NCBI GenBank assembly: GCA_044222185.1
Contig: JBGANV010000008.1
Coordinates: forward strand, 32,001-96,000
Source: Planctomycetota bacterium
GTDB taxonomy: Bacteria; Planctomycetota; GCA-002687715; CAIWVZ01
Direction of reading: 5' to 3'
Length of the DNA: 64,000 nt
Made by a program: the position numbers and the translations under genes. This document shows positions 38,546 through 48,183 of the stretch, one piece after another. Numbering within the stretch: position 1 is the stretch's first letter; the number at the start of each line of letters is the position of its first letter. Under the pieces are notes generated by a model that made no database searches, was not told the DNA's origin, and worked only from the letters and a program-made list of their open reading frames with translations.

Positions 38546-41500
38546 CGCTGGCCTCCTTCGTCGGCGGCCACGAGGAGCGGATTCACGACCGCGAACACTC
38601 CCGTGAGCAATTCCGCGCCGCACCGGAGGGTGAAACGGCCGCCCAGTCGTTGCGCAGTCGCCCACGTGGACGCGTTCGGCTGCGTGATCTCGATCTCGGC
38701 GTCGTCGACGGCCAGCGCGATCGCGGCCACCGCGCCGCCGGACGTGAATCGCCTGGCCGAGACCTGCCAGACCGGGCTCCCCGCGGGCCCCACGTCCGTG
38801 TGGAATTCGAGCCACGTCACGGCATCGTCTCCGCCGTCGTCGATCACGAAGCGACGTGATCCGTCGGGAAAGCGACCAGGCCGAGGTTCGGCGCGAGGTT
38901 TCGCCGTCGCACCACTGCCCCACGTCGTTTGGGTCGGAATCGCCGCATCGGTGACGATCAGGCGCGCCTCGCGACGCGCCGGCGCGGTCGTGACGTCGAG
39001 CACGCGCGCCGCCCACTTCGCGTTCCCACCATCCTTCACGATCGCAGCGTGCAACGCCTGGGCGGCCTTGGCGGACACGGGCCCGAAGCGCGCGATCGCC
39101 AGCCTCGTGGCCACGAGGAGATCGCCATCCCACGGTGATCGAGCGTCGTCGCCCCGACCCGACAGCGGCGTCGGTGGCCGCCCGGCGATGAACGCGGGAA
39201 GCCGGTCCGCGACGACACCCGCGCGCGTGGCGTTGCGGCCTGCCGCGTCGAGGATCATCAGCGCCAGATTCGGGTCCTTCCACTCGAGCCAGGGCGCGGC
39301 GACCTCGAAGTACGCCGCCGGGACCGGTGTCTCGAGGGCTGATGCGCTCCACGCCGCGAGCAGCTTGTCGTCGCGCGTCGCTGCGGTCTTTGCGAACGCG
39401 ACGAGGTCGGCAAGTGCGGGCGCTCGGAGCGGGCGCCGTCGCGCGAACGACGCGCGCGCCGCGTCGTAGAACCACGGTTCCTCGACACCCAGCAGCGCGA
39501 GGCGCGACGGTTCGAACGCGGGTGGCGGCACCTCCATCCGCTCGAAGTGCGGGAGCACCTCGACGATGCTCCGCGAGAATGGGGACTCGAGGGCGGCGAG
39601 TCGGGCCTTGCCGATGGCAGGCGACCTCGGCGCGATCACTTCGAGGATCTGGCAGGCACGCGTCGCCTCATCTCCGCCCCGTTCCACGATCTCCTCGAGC
39701 GTTTCGACCCGCCGCGGAAACGACGGCATGGAGTCGAGCCTGGACACCGCCGTGGAACGGTCATCGGCGTCCTGGCTCGCAAGGAGCGTGCGCGTTTCCA
39801 CCACGGTCGCTTCGCCTGCGGGGTCCAGCCGTGAGACGACCTGGAAGAGCTCCCGGCGCGCCTGCCCGACCGCGCGCGCGATCTCCACGTGCAGCCGCGG
39901 GACCATGTCGCGGCCCGCGATCTGTTCGATGGCTTGGAGCGCCCGAGTCCCCGAGATGCGCGATGCGGACTCACGCGAGTCAGCCGCTGAGGGGGCCAGC
40001 AACGCAAGCTGCACGTCCCAGAGTGCGGGGACGGCGCTCATCGCCTTCCGGCCGAGCTCGCCCAGGACGTCGACGGTGGCTTCGTAGACGTTCTCGTTCG
40101 TCGTGCGCAGGTGAGCCGTGTAGAAGCGGATCAGCTCTTCGCCTTCGAGTCCCGCGCGGGGCGCCTTCCGCAGCGACTCGAGCGCGTCCGAGGAGATGAA
40201 CGGCTCCTTCAGTGACTCTTCGAGGACTTCGACCAGTGTCGCCTTCGGGACCCCCGTCGCGCGCAAGACGGGGATCCAGTCCGGATCCGGTCCATGTTTG
40301 CTGGTTCGCGCCAGCGCGAGGAACCCCTCCGCGAGCCTGGTCGACGGCTTCAGACCGTCGGTCACGTCGACGAGCACACGCGCGCAGAATCCCGCTCCCC
40401 ACTGCTCCGCGACGTCGCGCGCCGCCGCGAGGATCGCGTCTTCGAGCGATGCGTCGATCCGACCGCTCGCGACGAGCGCTCGCAAGGCCGTCCGCCGATC
40501 CCAGATGTCCGGCGCCGACAGAAGGCGCTTCATCAGTCCGACGTCGTCGAGGCGGGTCGGATCGATCGACACCAGCGCATCGAGGACGGGGAGCTTCGAG
40601 CTGTCGCGGCCGGGTGCGTGAAGGATGTCGGCGATCGCCTGCGCGTACGGCTTTGCCGCAATTCCCATCGCGCCGAGTGCCGCGAGCGTGGCCCCCGCCA
40701 CCTCCGGATCCGGGCTCGCGGCGTGTCGCGCCAGGAGTTCAGCCGCGGACGCGATGTCGACCTTCCCCTCGCCCCGCGCCATGCGCGACAGGAGAGAGGC
40801 GGCGTGACGCCGCGCTCCATCGGGCCCCATCTCGAGGGCGCGTTTCATGACTCCGACGGCGGACGCGGGAGGGTCGACCCATCGGAACTGCATCAGGGCC
40901 CAGAGCACGTTCACCAACGGCTCGCCCTCCTGCGCCGCCGCGGCAGCCACGAGAGCCGGCACGGCCCGCGAGGCATCGTCGCCAAGCCACCCGATCGCGA
41001 CCGCCGCGTTCCAGCACGCGCCGGGATCCCGGCCCCGCACGATCTGCGAGAGCTTGCCGAGAACCGATGGCACGACCTCCCGGCGGACCTTCTGCCAGTC
41101 GTCCTCCGTGATCGCGACCTTCGTCGTGGACTTCTCGCCCCCATCTTCGGAGGCCGACAGCGCAAGCCCGTTCAAGATGTCGGCGATCGCACCCGTGACC
41201 TCCTCCGCGAAGGCGCCTCCGTTGGGTTCGAGCGCGAGCGCGAGTGCGTCGAGCGCGCCGCGCCCGATGCCACGCAGTCGTCGCAGGGCGATCGCCGCGT
41301 TGGTACGCGTCGTCAAGTCCTCGCCTGGGTTCGAGACGATGGCCGCAAGCATCGGGACGAGCCCGCCGGCTTCACGGCCGAAGGAGCCGACGTCCCGCAC
41401 CGCCTCCGCCCTCACCGGTCCGCTCGGATCGGAGAGCGCATCGCGGATCCGCGGGAGAAGCGCCTCCGTCACCACGGTGCGCGCTCGCTCCAGCGGGGCG

Positions 41501-41844
41501 CCGTTTTCGTCGCTCGCCGTGCCGCCGGTCGCCACATGAGCGTCGAGGCGCTCACGCGTGCCGAGCACGAGCGCACTTGCACCGCGGGCCCGCCACGGCC
41601 AGGCCTCGTCCCGCGGTGGCGCGAGGACTGCCGCGAGCTGCCGAGCGGCCTCGATCGCGAGATCCTGGCGCGCATGCAGCGCGCGGCAACCCGCCTCGCG
41701 CGTTGCCGGATCCGCCGAATCGACGTCCGCCAGGATGCGATCGAGAGAAACGGGCTTCGTGTCCTGAGCGCGGATGGCCCACGCGCAGCACGCGAACATG
41801 AGTATCGCCAACGACGACCTGGGCCATGCAGGGTTCGTGCTCAC
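38542..41844 (-). CDS. Large secreted HEAT-repeat protein
   Basis: GTG 41844 preceded by TGnTAGGAT; signal peptide ending IRA-Q; many repeats such as DPSGPVRAEAVRDVGSFG, AAVAIGWLGDDASRAVPAL, VLGELGRKAMSAVPAL. Confidence 0.82.
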   Translation of the reverse strand: MSTNPAWPRSSLAILMFACCAWAIRAQDTKPVSLDRILADVDSADPATREAGCRALHARQDLAIEAARQLAAVLAPPRDEAWPWRARGASALVLGTRERLDAHVATGGTASDENGAPLERARTVVTEALLPRIRDALSDPSGPVRAEAVRDVGSFGREAGGLVPMLAAIVSNPGEDLTTRTNAAIALRRLRGIGRGALDALALALEPNGGAFAEEVTGAIADILNGLALSASEDGGEKSTTKVAITEDDWQKVRREVVPSVLGKLSQIVRGRDPGACWNAAVAIGWLGDDASRAVPALVAAAAAQEGEPLVNVLWALMQFRWVDPPASAVGVMKRALEMGPDGARRHAASLLSRMARGEGKVDIASAAELLARHAASPDPEVAGATLAALGAMGIAAKPYAQAIADILHAPGRDSSKLPVLDALVSIDPTRLDDVGLMKRLLSAPDIWDRRTALRALVASGRIDASLEDAILAAARDVAEQWGAGFCARVLVDVTDGLKPSTRLAEGFLALARTSKHGPDPDWIPVLRATGVPKATLVEVLEESLKEPFISSDALESLRKAPRAGLEGEELIRFYTAHLRTTNENVYEATVDVLGELGRKAMSAVPALWDVQLALLAPSAADSRESASRISGTRALQAIEQIAGRDMVPRLHVEIARAVGQARRELFQVVSRLDPAGEATVVETRTLLASQDADDRSTAVSRLDSMPSFPRRVETLEEIVERGGDEATRACQILEVIAPRSPAIGKARLAALESPFSRSIVEVLPHFERMEVPPPAFEPSRLALLGVEEPWFYDAARASFARRRPLRAPALADLVAFAKTAATRDDKLLAAWSASALETPVPAAYFEVAAPWLEWKDPNLALMILDAAGRNATRAGVVADRLPAFIAGRPPTPLSGRGDDARSPWDGDLLVATRLAIARFGPVSAKAAQALHAAIVKDGGNAKWAARVLDVTTAPARREARLIVTDAAIPTQTTWGSGATAKPRAEPRPGRFPDGSRRFVIDDGGDDAVTWLEFHTDVGPAGSPVWQVSARRFTSGGAVAAIALAVDDAEIEITQPNASTWATAQRLGGRFTLRCGAELLTGVFAVVNPLLVAADEGGQR

Positions 41845-42039
41845 GTGCGCGATCCTATCAGGCGCGGCCGGTCGCGGCTTCGGCGGCCTGCGGGTCGGTG
41901 CGAGCTCACCAACGTCGGTCTGATCCTCGAATGCGCTGCGGCGGTTCGGCGCCGGCAGGACCGGATGCCTCGGCGTCGCCTCGGTCGTCCGGCGGTCCGG
42001 CCGGTCGCGCCGTCGCTCGCGCGACGGGTCGACCGGCAC

Positions 42040-42102
42040 GGAGCGCCGAGTCCACCGCCGTCTCGGCGGGGACTGGCGGAACCGCCGCGCGTCCGCGCGC
42101 GG
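42040..42102. repeat. Diverged inverted copy of the 64-bp hairpin repeat
   Basis: ggagcgccgagtccaccgccgtctcggcggggactggcggaaccgccgcgcgtc aligns to the reverse complement of 10315-10379. Confidence 0.8.
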
Positions 42103-42165
42103 GCCCACTCGCTTGCCTCGCGCTGCGGTGCGAGATCACCAGCAGCGGAAGCTCCGGCTGCGCCC

Positions 42166-42840
42166 TCATGGCACCAGCTTGTACCCGACGCCGTGCACCG
42201 TCATCAGGTGGCGCGGCTCGTCGGGCACGGGCTCGATCTTCTTGCGGAGGTTGAAGACGTGCGTGTCGACGGTGCGGGTCGTGGGAGTGCTGTCGTAGCC
42301 CCAGACGCTGCGCAGGAGATCCTCGCGGCGAAACGCCTTGCCCGGCGCCCGAAGAAGGAACGCCAGCAACTCGGCCTCCTTCTGCGCGAGCTTGAACGTC
42401 TCTCCGCCGCGCACGACGTGGAACGCATTCAGGTCGATCTCGGCGTCGCCGATACGAATCGCCGACGGCGACGGTGACGAGGAGCGGCGGAGCACGGCCC
42501 GAATGCGAGCCACCAACTCATAGACGCTGAAGGGCTTCACGACGTAGTCGTCGGCGCCGAGTTCGAGCCCGCGGATCCGGTGGACCTCGCTCCCCCGCGC
42601 CGTGAGGATGATCACGGGGGTCGTCGTTCCGCTGCGTCGCAGCTCACGCAGGACGTCCAGCCCATCACCATCGGGCAGCGACAGGTCGAGGAGGATCACG
42701 GAGAACGTCTCCTTCGAGAGCTTGCTCCGCGCATCGGCCACCGTCCGCACGGCGACGGTATGGAACTCGCGAGAGTGCAAGAAGTCCGCGAGGGTCTCGC
42801 GGATCCCGGCCTCGTCCTCCACGATGAGGAGGCGGTCCAT
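42166..42840 (-). CDS. OmpR/PhoB family response regulator
   Basis: LLIVEDE, LLDLSLPDGDG, ILTAR, GADDYVVKPF, winged helix VWGY..TRTVDTHVFNLRKKIE. Confidence 0.96.
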   Translation of the reverse strand: MDRLLIVEDEAGIRETLADFLHSREFHTVAVRTVADARSKLSKETFSVILLDLSLPDGDGLDVLRELRRSGTTTPVIILTARGSEVHRIRGLELGADDYVVKPFSVYELVARIRAVLRRSSSPSPSAIRIGDAEIDLNAFHVVRGGETFKLAQKEAELLAFLLRAPGKAFRREDLLRSVWGYDSTPTTRTVDTHVFNLRKKIEPVPDEPRHLMTVHGVGYKLVP

Positions 42841-44630
42841 CAGCGGGTCTCGTCGTGCACGGGAATCTCGATCGAGAATTCGGCGCCGCCGCCGGAGCGA
42901 TTGCGCGCGCGGGCGTCGCCACCGTGAAGGCGCGCTGCCTGTTGGACGAGGAAGAGCCCCAATCCGCTTCCCGGCACCGAGGCGGAATTCACGCCGCGGC
43001 GGAACGGCTCGAACAACCCGGGCAGGTCGGCGGGCGCGACGCCCGGGCCGCGATCGGCGACGACGAAGGTGATCCGCCCGTTGCCGTTCGACGCCGACAG
43101 GTCGACCACGGATGCACGGGGGGCGTACTTCCCCGCATTCTCCACCAGGTTGCGGAGCGCGCGGCCGAGGAGTTCAGGGTCTCCCTCGAATGCGGGGAGC
43201 TCCCGTCGCGCGTCGATCGTGAGACGCTGGCCTGCGGCGCGGACGACGGGCCGCAGATCCCAGATCACCCGGGCGAGGAACGCGCGCGTCTCGAGACGCT
43301 GCTTCTCGATGGTCGCGCGACCCTTCTCGAGCCGCGCAAAATCCAGGAGGCGGTTCACCAGTTCGCCGAGGCGGCGCACTTCGCCGTGCATGCCTCGGGC
43401 GTAGTCGTCGACACGGTCCTTGGGGACGTCGCCGTGCGCGAGCATCTCGGTCTTCAGGCTCAACGCGGTGAGCGGCGTGCGGAGCTCGTGGGAGACCACG
43501 TCGACGAAGTCCTGTTTGAGTTTCGACAGCGTGAGTTCGCGCCGCGCCATGCGGACCGCGAACACGCCGCCGATGGCGCTGGAGAGGCCCGCGAGGAACA
43601 GAAGCAGATTGGCGATCGAGCCCACGCGCGCACTCGCGCGGCCGCCGGGAGTGCTGACGGAGAGCGAGAGGCCGAGCCGTTCCACGGGACGCGTGACGTC
43701 GGCGCCGGCGACGGCGCCGAGTCGCACGTCCCGCATGGTTTCGGCGGAGAGGGCGGCGAGCGTGGTGTGCGCGCACAGCTCAGCGGCCTGCGCGCTGACG
43801 ACTGCGAGCCCGGACGGGCACGGCACGATGACGGCATCGCCTGTACGCGTTGGATTCGTGGGGACGGCGAGCGTGCCCTCGCGCAACGCGGTGAACGTTC
43901 GCGCCTTGACGGGGAGGAGATCGACGAGCGACGCGTCCTCGAGCACGGCTGCCGCGCGGATCTCGTCGACGACGGCGTCGGCGCACGACGCACCCATGGG
44001 AGTCCTCGCCGATGCGAGATCGGCGGCGATGGCGGCGGCCGGCTCCGTTCGCCCGGCGGCGACGAGCACGTTGAGGCGAAGAAGCGCGAGCAACGCGGCC
44101 GCGCCCAATTCGCCGCTCACGGGGGCGAGGGCGTCGGCCGGCGCTTCGTCCAGTCGCGCCAGCGCATCGTCCGTCCGGTTGGCCGCCACGAGGGCGCGGA
44201 TTTCGGAGAGTCGGGCGCGGGCGTCGAGTGGCAGGTTCTCTCGGCGGGCCCGTTCGAAGAGGCCGATCGCCGCGTCCGGCCTTCGACCTGCTTCGAAGCG
44301 TGTGGCGAGATCCACGACGAGGTGTCGGGTCGGACGACTGGCTGGGAGCCTCTGGATGTCCGGGCTGACCACGAGGAACGGCCCCGTCGGAACTCCTTCC
44401 CTTCCGAGCGTCATGGGTGCCGGGTCGGATGGCGCCGCTCGTTTCAGAAGGCCGTCGTCGATCCTCGCGATCGCCCGGTCGATGAGTTCGTCTCCGGCGC
44501 GGTGCTCCTGCTCGGCGAGCGTCGAGCGGTAGTCGCCGAACACCAAGACGGCCCAGCCGCAGAGCAGCATCACCGGCACGGCGAAGACGATGGCCAGCCA
44601 GCGTGTGGTCGGTTGAAGGCTCGGGCGCAC
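42840..44630 (-). CDS. Sensor histidine kinase
   Basis: Two TMs around a large helical sensor region; H-box VSHELRTPLT, NLVENAGKY, DRGPGV, FEPF, GSGLGL. Confidence 0.95.
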   Translation of the reverse strand: MRPSLQPTTRWLAIVFAVPVMLLCGWAVLVFGDYRSTLAEQEHRAGDELIDRAIARIDDGLLKRAAPSDPAPMTLGREGVPTGPFLVVSPDIQRLPASRPTRHLVVDLATRFEAGRRPDAAIGLFERARRENLPLDARARLSEIRALVAANRTDDALARLDEAPADALAPVSGELGAAALLALLRLNVLVAAGRTEPAAAIAADLASARTPMGASCADAVVDEIRAAAVLEDASLVDLLPVKARTFTALREGTLAVPTNPTRTGDAVIVPCPSGLAVVSAQAAELCAHTTLAALSAETMRDVRLGAVAGADVTRPVERLGLSLSVSTPGGRASARVGSIANLLLFLAGLSSAIGGVFAVRMARRELTLSKLKQDFVDVVSHELRTPLTALSLKTEMLAHGDVPKDRVDDYARGMHGEVRRLGELVNRLLDFARLEKGRATIEKQRLETRAFLARVIWDLRPVVRAAGQRLTIDARRELPAFEGDPELLGRALRNLVENAGKYAPRASVVDLSASNGNGRITFVVADRGPGVAPADLPGLFEPFRRGVNSASVPGSGLGLFLVQQAARLHGGDARARNRSGGGAEFSIEIPVHDETR

Positions 44631-44639
44631 GAGGACCAG

Positions 44640-44683
44640 ATGATAGGACCCCTGGCCGCGCTGGAGTCAAGAAGTTGTCAAGA
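44640..44683 (-). promoter_or_regulatory. Putative promoter of the two-component operon with an OmpR-type direct-repeat box
   Basis: Minus-strand TATCAT 9 nt upstream of the GTG start; GTCAAGA-agtt-GTCAAGA (44666-44672, 44677-44683), period 11 bp, lying over the -35 region. Confidence 0.6.
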
Positions 44684-44707
44684 CCGGGCGGGAACGCGGC
44701 GATTCAC

Positions 44708-45078
44708 GCGGCGGACGAAAGCGCGGTCACGCGCGCGCGAGGCTGGAGCCTCGCGGGCCGGCCAGGTGGAACCTGGCGCTCCGGAACGCCGCGTTTTACG
44801 CGGCTGGTTGGGCCGGGCTCCAGCCCGGACCGGGAGGGGTGATGGATGTGGCATGCGGCGGACGAGCGTGCAGCCACGCGCGCGCGAGGCTGGAGCCTCG
44901 CGGGCCGGCCAGGTGGAACCTGGCGCTCCGGAACGCCGCGTTTTACGCGGCTGGATGGGCCGGGCTCCAGCCCGGACCGGGAGGGGTGATGGATGTGGCA
45001 TGCGGCGGACGAACGCGCAGTCACGCGCGCGCGAGGCTGGAGCCTCGCGGGCCGGCCAGGTGGAAGCGGGCGCTCCGG
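44708..45078. repeat. 147-bp tandem repeat (~2.5 copies) built from short palindromes (BIME/REP-like)
   Basis: cacgcgcgcgcgaggctggagcctcgcgggccggccaggtggaa starts at 44728, 44875 and 45022 (period 147). Confidence 0.93.
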
Positions 45079-45143
45079 GTTGGCCATTGGGCGACGCGGC
45101 GAAACACGTCACAACGGCGGCCGGCTTGGCCGATGAAACCAGA

Positions 45144-46826
45144 ATGAACGATCCGCGACCGCACGACATGCGCTCCGGCCTCGCGCTCGCGGTGATCCTC
45201 GCCGTGGCGCTCGGCGTCCGCCTGTGGGAACTGGAGCGGCGCGGGTTCTGCCACCCGGAGAACTTCGTCTCGGGAATCGCCGTGCCGGACTGGGTTCACC
45301 ACCCGCCGCAGCGGCTGACCCTCGACGACATCGTCCGAACGACGCCCAAGGACGGGCATCCGCCCTTCTACTTCCTCGCGCTCCACCCGTGGATCAAGGC
45401 GTTTGGGACGAGCCTGTTCTCGCTTCGACTTCCGTCGGCGCTGCTCGGGACCGCATCCGTCCTCCTCCTTTGGATGCTCGCGCGGCGCGAGTGCGGCCGG
45501 GGAACCGCGCTCCTCGCCGCCGCGCTACTGGCCCTGTCCGGGTTCCACGCGTTCTGGAGCCAGATGGCGCGCATGTACGCCCTCGCCACGTTCCTCATTC
45601 TTCTATCGACCTGGCTTCTGATCCGTGTAGTCGAAGACGGAGGCCGGCGGTGGCGCGTCGCCTACACGCTGACGACCGTCGCCGCCCTATGGACCCACGT
45701 TTACTGCTGGCCCATGCTCCTCGGCCAGATCATCTGGTCGACGGCCCGCGCGATCGCACGACGCGAACGGGCCCTGGCGCTGCCAGCCCAACTCACGGCG
45801 CTGATCGTCTCGTTCCCGGTGATCGCTCTCGCCGTCCATCAAAGTCCCAAGACCGAGTGGGCCGAGCCCATGCTCGAGTTCTTCGAGTTCGGCTACTTGT
45901 TCAACTCGGGGTCGTTCCGCTTCGGCGAAGCACCCACACCCCCGATCCCCCACCTGGCACTCCTGGCCCTCGGGCTCGGGTTCACGGTTGCAGGGATGCT
46001 GGCGCGACCGAAACCGCAACGCCCCATCACTCCGCTGACGGACGCCCCTCCGTCCTCGCGCGGAATCCGCTGGGCCATGACCGGACTCGGTGCCGTGGTC
46101 GCATCGTTGATCGTGGCGGCAGCGTTCTCGTGGTTCACCGCCGGACAGAAGCGGCGCCTGGTGTGCCTCGCGATCTCGGCCCTGCCCCTCGCGACGGCAC
46201 TCGCCTTCCCGCTGGTCGACCGTCTGATCCAATCCGCGGCGAGCTCCGCACCTGGCGGGATGCGGGCACTCGCAGCACGGCTCTCGCGCGTCACGCCGAT
46301 CCTCACACTCACGCCGATCGCGTGCCTCGGCATCGTCTCGTTGGGCCGCGCCGCGTTCACGGCCCGCGGGATGCTGGTCGCCGTTCCGTTCCTCACGCTG
46401 CTTTGCGCCCAGGCCGTCGAGCTGCGACTTCCGCGCCTCGTCCGCTGGGGGATCCTGGCGCCGCTCCTGCTCGCCCTCCACGCGACCTCGACGCTGTGGT
46501 TTCAGAAGAACGAGGCCAGCCCCCGCGATTACGCCGGCTTTGCGCACGCGCTGGAGCACCGCCTCGAACCCACGGACCGCATCTTCGTAGGCAACAACTA
46601 CGCCGACCCCCCGCTCCTCTACTACCTGCCCACGCGACACGGACAGTTCGTCCCGGCCGAATCCGCGAGCGCGATCGCGTCCGCGCCGAACGCGCGGGTC
46701 TGGGTGATCCTCTACGAAGACCAGGTCCTGACTCCGGAAATGACGCAAGTCCTCGCCGGCCGTGCCCGAGGCGATACCGTCCAAGCATTCGGATGTCGCG
46801 CCGACCTCTACGCCCCGCGGCGCTGA
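45144..46826 (+). CDS. GT-C fold (PMT/ArnT-like) membrane glycosyltransferase
   Basis: Many TMs; DGHPPFYF, FGTSLFSLRLPS, WSQMARMYA motifs; C-terminal soluble domain with YY motif. Confidence 0.87.
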   Translation: MNDPRPHDMRSGLALAVILAVALGVRLWELERRGFCHPENFVSGIAVPDWVHHPPQRLTLDDIVRTTPKDGHPPFYFLALHPWIKAFGTSLFSLRLPSALLGTASVLLLWMLARRECGRGTALLAAALLALSGFHAFWSQMARMYALATFLILLSTWLLIRVVEDGGRRWRVAYTLTTVAALWTHVYCWPMLLGQIIWSTARAIARRERALALPAQLTALIVSFPVIALAVHQSPKTEWAEPMLEFFEFGYLFNSGSFRFGEAPTPPIPHLALLALGLGFTVAGMLARPKPQRPITPLTDAPPSSRGIRWAMTGLGAVVASLIVAAAFSWFTAGQKRRLVCLAISALPLATALAFPLVDRLIQSAASSAPGGMRALAARLSRVTPILTLTPIACLGIVSLGRAAFTARGMLVAVPFLTLLCAQAVELRLPRLVRWGILAPLLLALHATSTLWFQKNEASPRDYAGFAHALEHRLEPTDRIFVGNNYADPPLLYYLPTRHGQFVPAESASAIASAPNARVWVILYEDQVLTPEMTQVLAGRARGDTVQAFGCRADLYAPRR

Positions 46827-46857
46827 CGGACGATCGAGTTCCGCCCGACCATCGCCC

Positions 46858-47577
46858 ATGAAACCCGTCATCGTCCTCAAGTTCGGCGGATCTCTCCTCA
46901 CGGACGAGGCCTCCTACGCGCGCGTCGCGGCGGAGATCGCGCGCGTGGCCGGGCAGCACTGCGAGTCCGCGATCGTCGCGGTCGTGTCCGCGAGGTCGGG
47001 CGAGACGGATCGGTTGATCGAGGAGGCGCGCATGCGCCCCGCACTCTCTGCGTCGCAGGTCGTCGAACACATCGCAAGCGGCGAGGTGATGTCCTCGTAC
47101 ATCCTGGGGCTCGCCCTCTCGCAGCGCCGACTACGATCCAACCTGATCGGATCTTCGGCGATCGGAATCCGCACACGCGGCGACGCCCACGAGGCGGTCC
47201 CGACGACTTTGCTGCGCGAGAGCCTCGATGAGGCGCTGTCGGCGTCCTCCATCGTCGTGCACCCGGGCTTCCTCGCCTACGACGAGCAGACCGGCGCGCC
47301 CACGTTGCTTGGTCGAAGCGGCTCGGACTTCACGGCGATCTTCCTCGCCGACGCGCTCGGCGCGGCGCGCTGCCGACTCTACAAGGCCACGCCGGGTTGT
47401 GTGGACCCGACGACGGCCGCGCAGCTCACCTGGGAGCAGGTTCTCGCATCCGACGCCAGCCGCGCGCTGATCCAGCCCGCCGCCGCGCGCTATGCCGCGG
47501 CCCGAGGCATGGTCGTCGAATTCGGCCCGCTCGGGGCCGCGGCCGACGCCTATCCGCGCATCGCGCCTCGACGTTGA
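46858..47577 (+). CDS. Aspartokinase-like amino-acid kinase domain (no ACT domains)
   Basis: VLKFGGS, VAVVSA..GETDRL, SGE..S, PGF, TLLGRSGSDFTA; 239 aa only. Confidence 0.8.
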   Translation: MKPVIVLKFGGSLLTDEASYARVAAEIARVAGQHCESAIVAVVSARSGETDRLIEEARMRPALSASQVVEHIASGEVMSSYILGLALSQRRLRSNLIGSSAIGIRTRGDAHEAVPTTLLRESLDEALSASSIVVHPGFLAYDEQTGAPTLLGRSGSDFTAIFLADALGAARCRLYKATPGCVDPTTAAQLTWEQVLASDASRALIQPAAARYAAARGMVVEFGPLGAAADAYPRIAPRR

Positions 47578-47767
47578 TCGGGCGTGCGGGCCGTTCCCCA
47601 GTCGCTGCACGGAATCCCGGCGCCCGGACTTCCCGCGCGATGCCGCGCGCGAAGCGCCCGCAGTTCGCGGGCGAGGAGCTCGCGAACCGGTCGGCGCGGC
47701 GAGCCACCACGCAGTCCAGGGATCCCGCGCCAGGAAACGCGCACTCGCCTCGGATGCCCGCCGCCCG

Positions 47768-48127
47768 CTATTTCACGAGCTCGCGCCAGCCCTTCTCCAA
47801 CGCGTCGCCGAAGTCGTCGATCGCCGCCCGCGCATCCCCTTTGAAGCGCTGCCACGAATCGTCCGTCGCACTCGACACGTCGCGGAGCTTTTCCTCCGCT
47901 CGGCGCCGTCGCGTCTTCAAGTCGTCGACGAGCTCATTCCACCGCGGCCGCAGGTCGTCGGTCGCCTGCTTCGCCTTCTCCTCGAGCTGAGCGAGCTTCG
48001 CGTCCATTCGATCGAGCCGGACCTGGAGGTCGTGACGAACCTCCTCGCGGGTCGCTCGATCCCCGCACGCGCCGATCGTCGAGAGGCCGAGACAGAAGAC
48101 GACGGCAAGCAGTCGTGTGTCGTTCAC
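47768..48127 (-). CDS. Small coiled-coil lipoprotein
   Basis: GGAG RBS; lipobox IGAC; helical charged body ending ATDDSWQRFK..ALEKGW. Confidence 0.8.
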   Translation of the reverse strand: MNDTRLLAVVFCLGLSTIGACGDRATREEVRHDLQVRLDRMDAKLAQLEEKAKQATDDLRPRWNELVDDLKTRRRRAEEKLRDVSSATDDSWQRFKGDARAAIDDFGDALEKGWRELVK

Positions 48128-48183
48128 CGATGATCTCCGTTGGAAAGCGGCTTGGGCCGCGGTTCATGGATGCAACGCCGATC

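Noticed and set aside
44708-45078. Possible CRISPR array
   Set aside because: Whole 147-bp units repeat with no unique spacers, and no cas genes are present.
42855-45143. N-terminal part of the 1323-aa ORF 42855-46826
   Set aside because: Antisense to the histidine kinase, then runs through a repeat with a period divisible by 3. Only 45144-46826 looks like a real protein.
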